From: Lytechinus pictus
Lineage: Eukaryota
DNA: 64,000 nucleotides
Direction: 5' to 3'
Assembly (NCBI RefSeq): GCF_037042905.1
Contig: NC_087251.1
Span: 46,936,001 to 47,000,000 of the forward strand
Shown here: positions 62,165 to 64,000 of the stretch, in pieces
How positions within the stretch are numbered: position 1 is the first letter of the stretch
Layout of the letters: each line of letters begins with the position of its first letter
The notes under the pieces: model-generated
Told to the model about the DNA's origin: nothing
What the model saw: the letters and a program-made list of their open reading frames with translations, nothing else
Database searches by the model: none
Program-made: the position numbers and the translations under genes

Positions 62165-64000
62165 GTGTAAAAGCAGTTGGTCTACTAATCAGATAGGCTA
62201 ATACACCACATGGGTTAAGTCTTGGTGTAAAAGTAGTTGGTCTACTTATCAGATACATGTAGTCTAACACACCACATGGGTCAAATCTTGGTGTAAAAGT
62301 AGTTGGTCTACTTATCAGATAGGCTAATACACCACATGGGTTAAATCTTGGTTTAAAAGTAGTTGGTCTACTTATCAGATAGTCTAATACACCACATGGG
62401 TTAAATATTGGTGTAAAAGTAGTTAGTCTACTTATCAGATAGTCTAACACACCACATGGGTTAAATCTTGGTGTAAAAGTAGTTGGCCTACTTATCAGAT
62501 AGGCTAATACACCACATGGGTCAAATCTTGGTGTAAATTGAGTTGGTCTACTTATCAGATAGGCCAATACACCACATGGGTCAAATCTTGGTGTAAAAGT
62601 AGTTTGTCTACTTATCAGATAGTCTAACACACCACATGGGTTAAATCTTGGTGTAAAAGCAGTTAGTCTACTTTTCAGATATTCTAACACACCACATGAG
62701 TTAAATCTTGGTGTAAAAGTAGTTGGCCTACTTATCAGATAGGCTAATACACCACATGGGTCAAATCTTGGTGTAAATGCATTTAGTCTACTTATCAGAT
62801 ATTCTAACACACCACATGGGTTAAATCTTGGTGTAAAAGGAGTTGGTCTACTTATCAGATAGGCTAATACACCACATGGGTTAAATCTTGGTGTAAAAGC
62901 AGTTAGTCTACTTATCAGATATTCTAACACACCACATGAGTTAAATCTTGGTGTAAAAGTAGTTGGCCTACTTATCAGATAGGCTAATACACCACATGGG
63001 TCAAATCTTGGTGTAAATGCATTTAGTCTACTTATCAGATATTCTAACACACCACATGGGTTAAATCTTGGTGTAAAAGGAGTTGGTCTACTTATCAGAT
63101 AGGCTAATACACCACATGGGTCAAATTTTGGTGTAAATGCAGTTGGTCTACTTATCAGATAATCTAACACACCACATGGGTCAAATCTTGGTGTAAAAGC
63201 AGTTGGTCTACTTATCAGATAGGCTAATACACCACATGGGTCAAATCTTGGTGTAAAGTAGTTGGTCTACTTATCAGATAGTCTAATAAACCACATGGGT
63301 CAATTCTTGGTGTAAAGTAGTTGGTCTACTTATCAGATAGTCTAATACACCATATGGGTTAAATCTTGGTGTAAAAGCATTTGGTTTACCTATCAGATAG
63401 TCTAATACACCACATGGGTTAAATCTTGGTGTAAATGCAGTTGGTCTACTTATCGGATAGGCTAATACACCACATGGGTTAAATCTTGGTGTAAATGCAG
63501 TTGGTCTACTTATCACATAGGCTAATACACCACATGGGTCAAATATTGGTGTAAAAGCAGTTGGTCTACTTATCAGATAGTCTAACACACCACATGGGTA
63601 AAATCTTGGTGTAAAAGTAGTTGGTCTATTAATCAGATAGTCTAATACACCACATGGGTTAAATCTTGGTGTAAAAGTAGTTGGTCTACTTATCAGATAG
63701 GCTAATACACCACATGGGTTAAATCTTGGTGTAAAAGTAGTTGGTCTACTTATCAGATAGGCTAATACACCACATGGGTTAAATCTTGGTGTAAATGCAG
63801 TTGGTCTACTTATCAGATAGGCTAATACACCACATGGGTTAAATCTTGGTGTAAAAGCAGTTGGTCTACTTAGTCCAATACACCACATGGGTTAAATCTT
63901 GGTGTAAAAGTAGTTGGTCTACTTATCAGATAGGCTAATACACCACATGGGTTAAATCTTGGTGTAAAAGTAGTTGGTCTACTTATCAGATAGGCTAATA
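62165..64000 (+). repeat. 60-bp tandem satellite, about 30 units, continuing past the window end
   Basis: Consensus AAATCTTGGTGTAAAAGTAGTTGGTCTACTTATCAGATAG(G/T)CTAATACACCACATGGGT(T/C); stays in register with the 60-nt lines. Confidence 0.98.

Noticed and set aside
62073..63888. 365-aa and 201-aa - strand ORFs of LISRPTTFTPRFNPCGVLAY repeats
   Set aside because: They are translations of the 60-bp satellite. One stop-free frame is unremarkable for a 60-nt unit, 1-nt deletions near 63255-63315 break the frame, and the first ORF runs into a transposon TIR.
62165..64000. CRISPR-like array
   Set aside because: Units are homologous over their whole length with no unique spacers, there are no cas genes, and the context is eukaryotic.

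Overview
Eukaryotic, AT-rich animal genomic DNA. The repeat families suggest an echinoderm such as a sea urchin, but this is inference only. The left part holds a complete + strand Sprouty-related EVH1-domain gene (SPRED): five phase-compatible exons over 1437-23870, about 424 aa, followed by a long 3' UTR. The right part holds the last two exons of an unidentified - strand gene encoding a Ser-rich repetitive region and an acidic/Trp C-terminus. The rest is interspersed repeats (L2-type LINE remnants, a tRNA-derived SINE, and Kolobok-, hAT-, Harbinger-, EnSpm- and Helentron-like non-autonomous elements), a roughly 800 bp (CTA)n microsatellite, and a 60-bp satellite with a 4-mer higher-order repeat. 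The most unusual signal is a dense set of TA-flanked palindromic words (TA-CATG-TA, TA-GGCC-TA, TA-CCGG-TA, TA-CAG/CTG-TA). One is a directly visible 6-nt insertion in a satellite unit, and they look like accumulated DNA-transposon excision footprints concentrated in the SPRED introns. There are also several candidate alternative SPRED exons that would give EVH1-only or EVH1-less isoforms. No prokaryote-type system (CRISPR etc.) is present.
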